Of a stretch of DNA of 64,000 bases, positions 61,479 to 64,000 are shown piece by piece. The stretch comes from Vicugna vicugna (lineage: Eukaryota): the NCBI GenBank assembly GCA_013265495.1, contig MU058717.1:62001-126000 (forward strand), written 5' to 3'. Under the pieces are notes generated by a model, which searched no databases, was not told where the DNA came from, and saw only the letters and a list, made by a program, of their open reading frames with translations. Position 1 is the first letter of the stretch, and every line of letters starts with the position of its first letter. The position numbers and the translations under genes are program-made.

Positions 61479-61665
61479 ATGGCGACGGTGGTGCCGCTTT
61501 TTCTGCTGGTATTGCTGCTTCTGGGGCCGAGCGGCTGGGGCCATGCAGAGCCCCCACGCGACAGCCTGCGGGAGGAGTTGGTCATCACCCCTCTGCCTTC
61601 TGGGGACGTAGCTGCCACATTCCAGTTCCGCACTCGCTGGGATTCGGAGCTGCCACGGGAAGAAG
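61479..61665 (+). CDS. PIGT: GPI transamidase component PIG-T exon 1 (187 bp CDS)
   Basis: ggcATGG; signal peptide [23 protein letters not shown] then [39 protein letters not shown]; donor AAG|gtgaga. Confidence 0.97.
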
Positions 61666-62190
61666 GTGAGAAGAGGGGACTGACCGGAGAAAGGTATCTG
61701 TGGTACCTGCTGGCAGTGGGGTGGAGGCAACCAAGCCTTGGCAAGCGGGAACTTCTCCCTGGATGAGGTTCTGGTCCCTGGGCTTGGGGCCCGACAAAGG
61801 TGGTTCTTACGGAAGAATGGGATAGTTATTGGAGAATCCCATTGTGTCCATGGAGAAATCGAGGTCCGAAGAGGAGCAGTGACTCCTCCTTAGTTATACT
61901 CCAGTGCTCTTTTCCGCAGCTCCAGGCTGCCACTCCAAACCTTTATTTAGAACCCTCTGTCAGCAACACTGATGATTGTGCTGTTGTTGACGGTTACCAT
62001 TTATCCTGTGTGCTGGGCACAGTGCTAAGTTATGTGAGCGATTACAAGGAAGAAATTGGAGGTGTACAGAGTTAAAGGTACCTCTCCAAGATCACATGGC
62101 TAGTTAGTGACCCATTCTGGGCTGGAATTTAGATTCCTCTGACCCCAGAGCTGGGGTGTATTTTTTTTTTTTGGATTTGGGGGTGGCTGA

Positions 62191-62415
<225 letters not shown>

Positions 62416-64000
62416 TGAGTGCCCACCTTGAGGCCTGTGGCAGGCCACAGCGGGAATGAGGTAGGGGCAGGTGTTGCCATCCTGCCACTACCCTTGAGGA
62501 CAGCAATTCCAAGGGGAGTAAACCTGGCCTTGGAAGTAAGAAATGTTACGACTTAGTGGCATTCTTTACTTTTCTGAATACATTTCCTTCCCCTAATACT
62601 TTCAGGCCTGAGGGAGCATATTCGTCCAACTACAGAGGCAAATATTTGAAGTTTACTTGAATGTAAGGTGATAGAAATTGGATAAACTTGGAAAGGACAT
62701 TCATTCACATAATAATAATAATAAAAATGCCACGAGGGCCAAACAAAATACATGTGGGCTAGAATTGGCCTACAAGATGCCAGATCTCTGTATTAGAGGA
62801 ATTGCTTTTATTTGGGAAAGGGTGGGTCTAGGCAGTTGAACTACAACAGCCTCTGCATCCCACTATGAGATATCTGAAGCACGTGGGTGATAAAAAAGAT
62901 TTTAGAGTAATAGTAGGGAGTGGTGGGGCCTGTGGCAGTCTGGAGATCTTGAGAGGACACCTGCCACTCAGCCCCTGTGGATTGTTGCCACGTGGGAATA
63001 AAGGTCTGCTGTCACCAGATACTCTCATTTTTCGAGAGTTACCAGAAATCTGGATTTTAATGTGAAAGTTGCAAATTTAAATCACAGCAAGTCGTGAAGA
63101 AATTCAGGAAATGCTATGTGGGTTAATGTTGTGCCCATCAAATGAAACATGACCATGGTTTGGGTAGAACTTTTGGATTTCCAGTTTGTAGCCTTTATTT
63201 GAGGCTTAGGGATTGGAGTAATTGGAAAACTCGGGACAGATTACTGAAAAACTCCAAGACAGCTCTAAGGCAATTTCAATAAGGAGCAAGCCCCTAGACT
63301 TTCTCTCTTGCCTGAACTCCAATTTCCTTGCCTCTTATCCCAAATCCTCTGCTGTCGCTGTCTCCCCTCATAACTGCCGATAATACGGAGCTGATGTTGA
63401 GATTTCTAGTTTTATTCTGTTATTCGTATAAAGAGCACATCTCTCTAAGAAAAAATGTCTAATTTAATTTGATGTTTTGTGGGGCCCTAGAACGGTTGTT
63501 TTTCCTTGTTCAGTGAGTCTTTGTATATGTAAGACTTCCCACCCTGGAGATAGATCCAGGACTCACCCAGGGTATTCAGCGGGAAGCATGTAGTTTTGCC
63601 CAGCTGAGCACACCTCGGGGTGGATCAGTGAGCTGATCTCGGCCTCTGAGGTGTGGGGCACTTTACATAGTGCTGTGGGATGTTCATAGGTGACCCAGAC
63701 TAGCTGCCTGTCTTCAGGTTGCTCACAGCCTAGGTGGGGAGAAAAGATGCTTAGGATGAGATGCTGCTGCTACGCAGCCATTCCTAGGGGGGCTGAGTGA
63801 GAGGCCTGGGTGGTCAGAATGTCAGCAGCCCAGGGAGGAGGCTGTGGTTGAGGAGGGCAGGAAGGCTTCCTGGTGGAGGGAGCCTCCTTGAAGAGGGCAG
63901 AGAGGAGTGAGGAGGCATTCCCAGGCAGGAGGAAGAACCACCTAAGGCAAGAGCTGTGGGAATGCAGGGAGGTCCAGCGGAGAGTGAGGAAGGGGCTGAT

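Noticed and set aside
61958..61992. Hairpin in PIGT intron 1
   Set aside because: Only an 11-bp stem with two G-U pairs; too short for a pre-miRNA.

Overview
Mammalian genomic DNA, probably camelid (eight Vic-1-like tRNA-derived SINE copies). It carries the conserved block known from human 20q13.12: SDC4 (minus strand, exons 1-4; the last exon lies left of the window), SYS1 (plus, complete, 156 aa), TP53TG5 (minus, complete, 243 aa), DBNDD2 (plus, complete, 159 aa) and PIGT (plus, exons 1-2). All exon boundaries were read by hand as GT/AG and give continuous frames. The rest is introns, CpG-island promoters and repeats (SINE, L1, L2, MIR, hAT, Tigger, MaLR). I found no novel multi-gene system. 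The best leads are: (1) TP53TG5 ends in the same V-stop whether or not its last intron is spliced; (2) a SYS1-to-DBNDD2 read-through splice would stop 1 nt before the DBNDD2 ATG; (3) an orphan CpG island with promoter and first-exon features at 37.1-37.5 kb; (4) an in-frame alternative donor in DBNDD2; (5) apparent AP-1 motif enrichment across SDC4. Comparisons to human proteins and repeat consensi come from memory, not from a search, and repeat boundaries are approximate.
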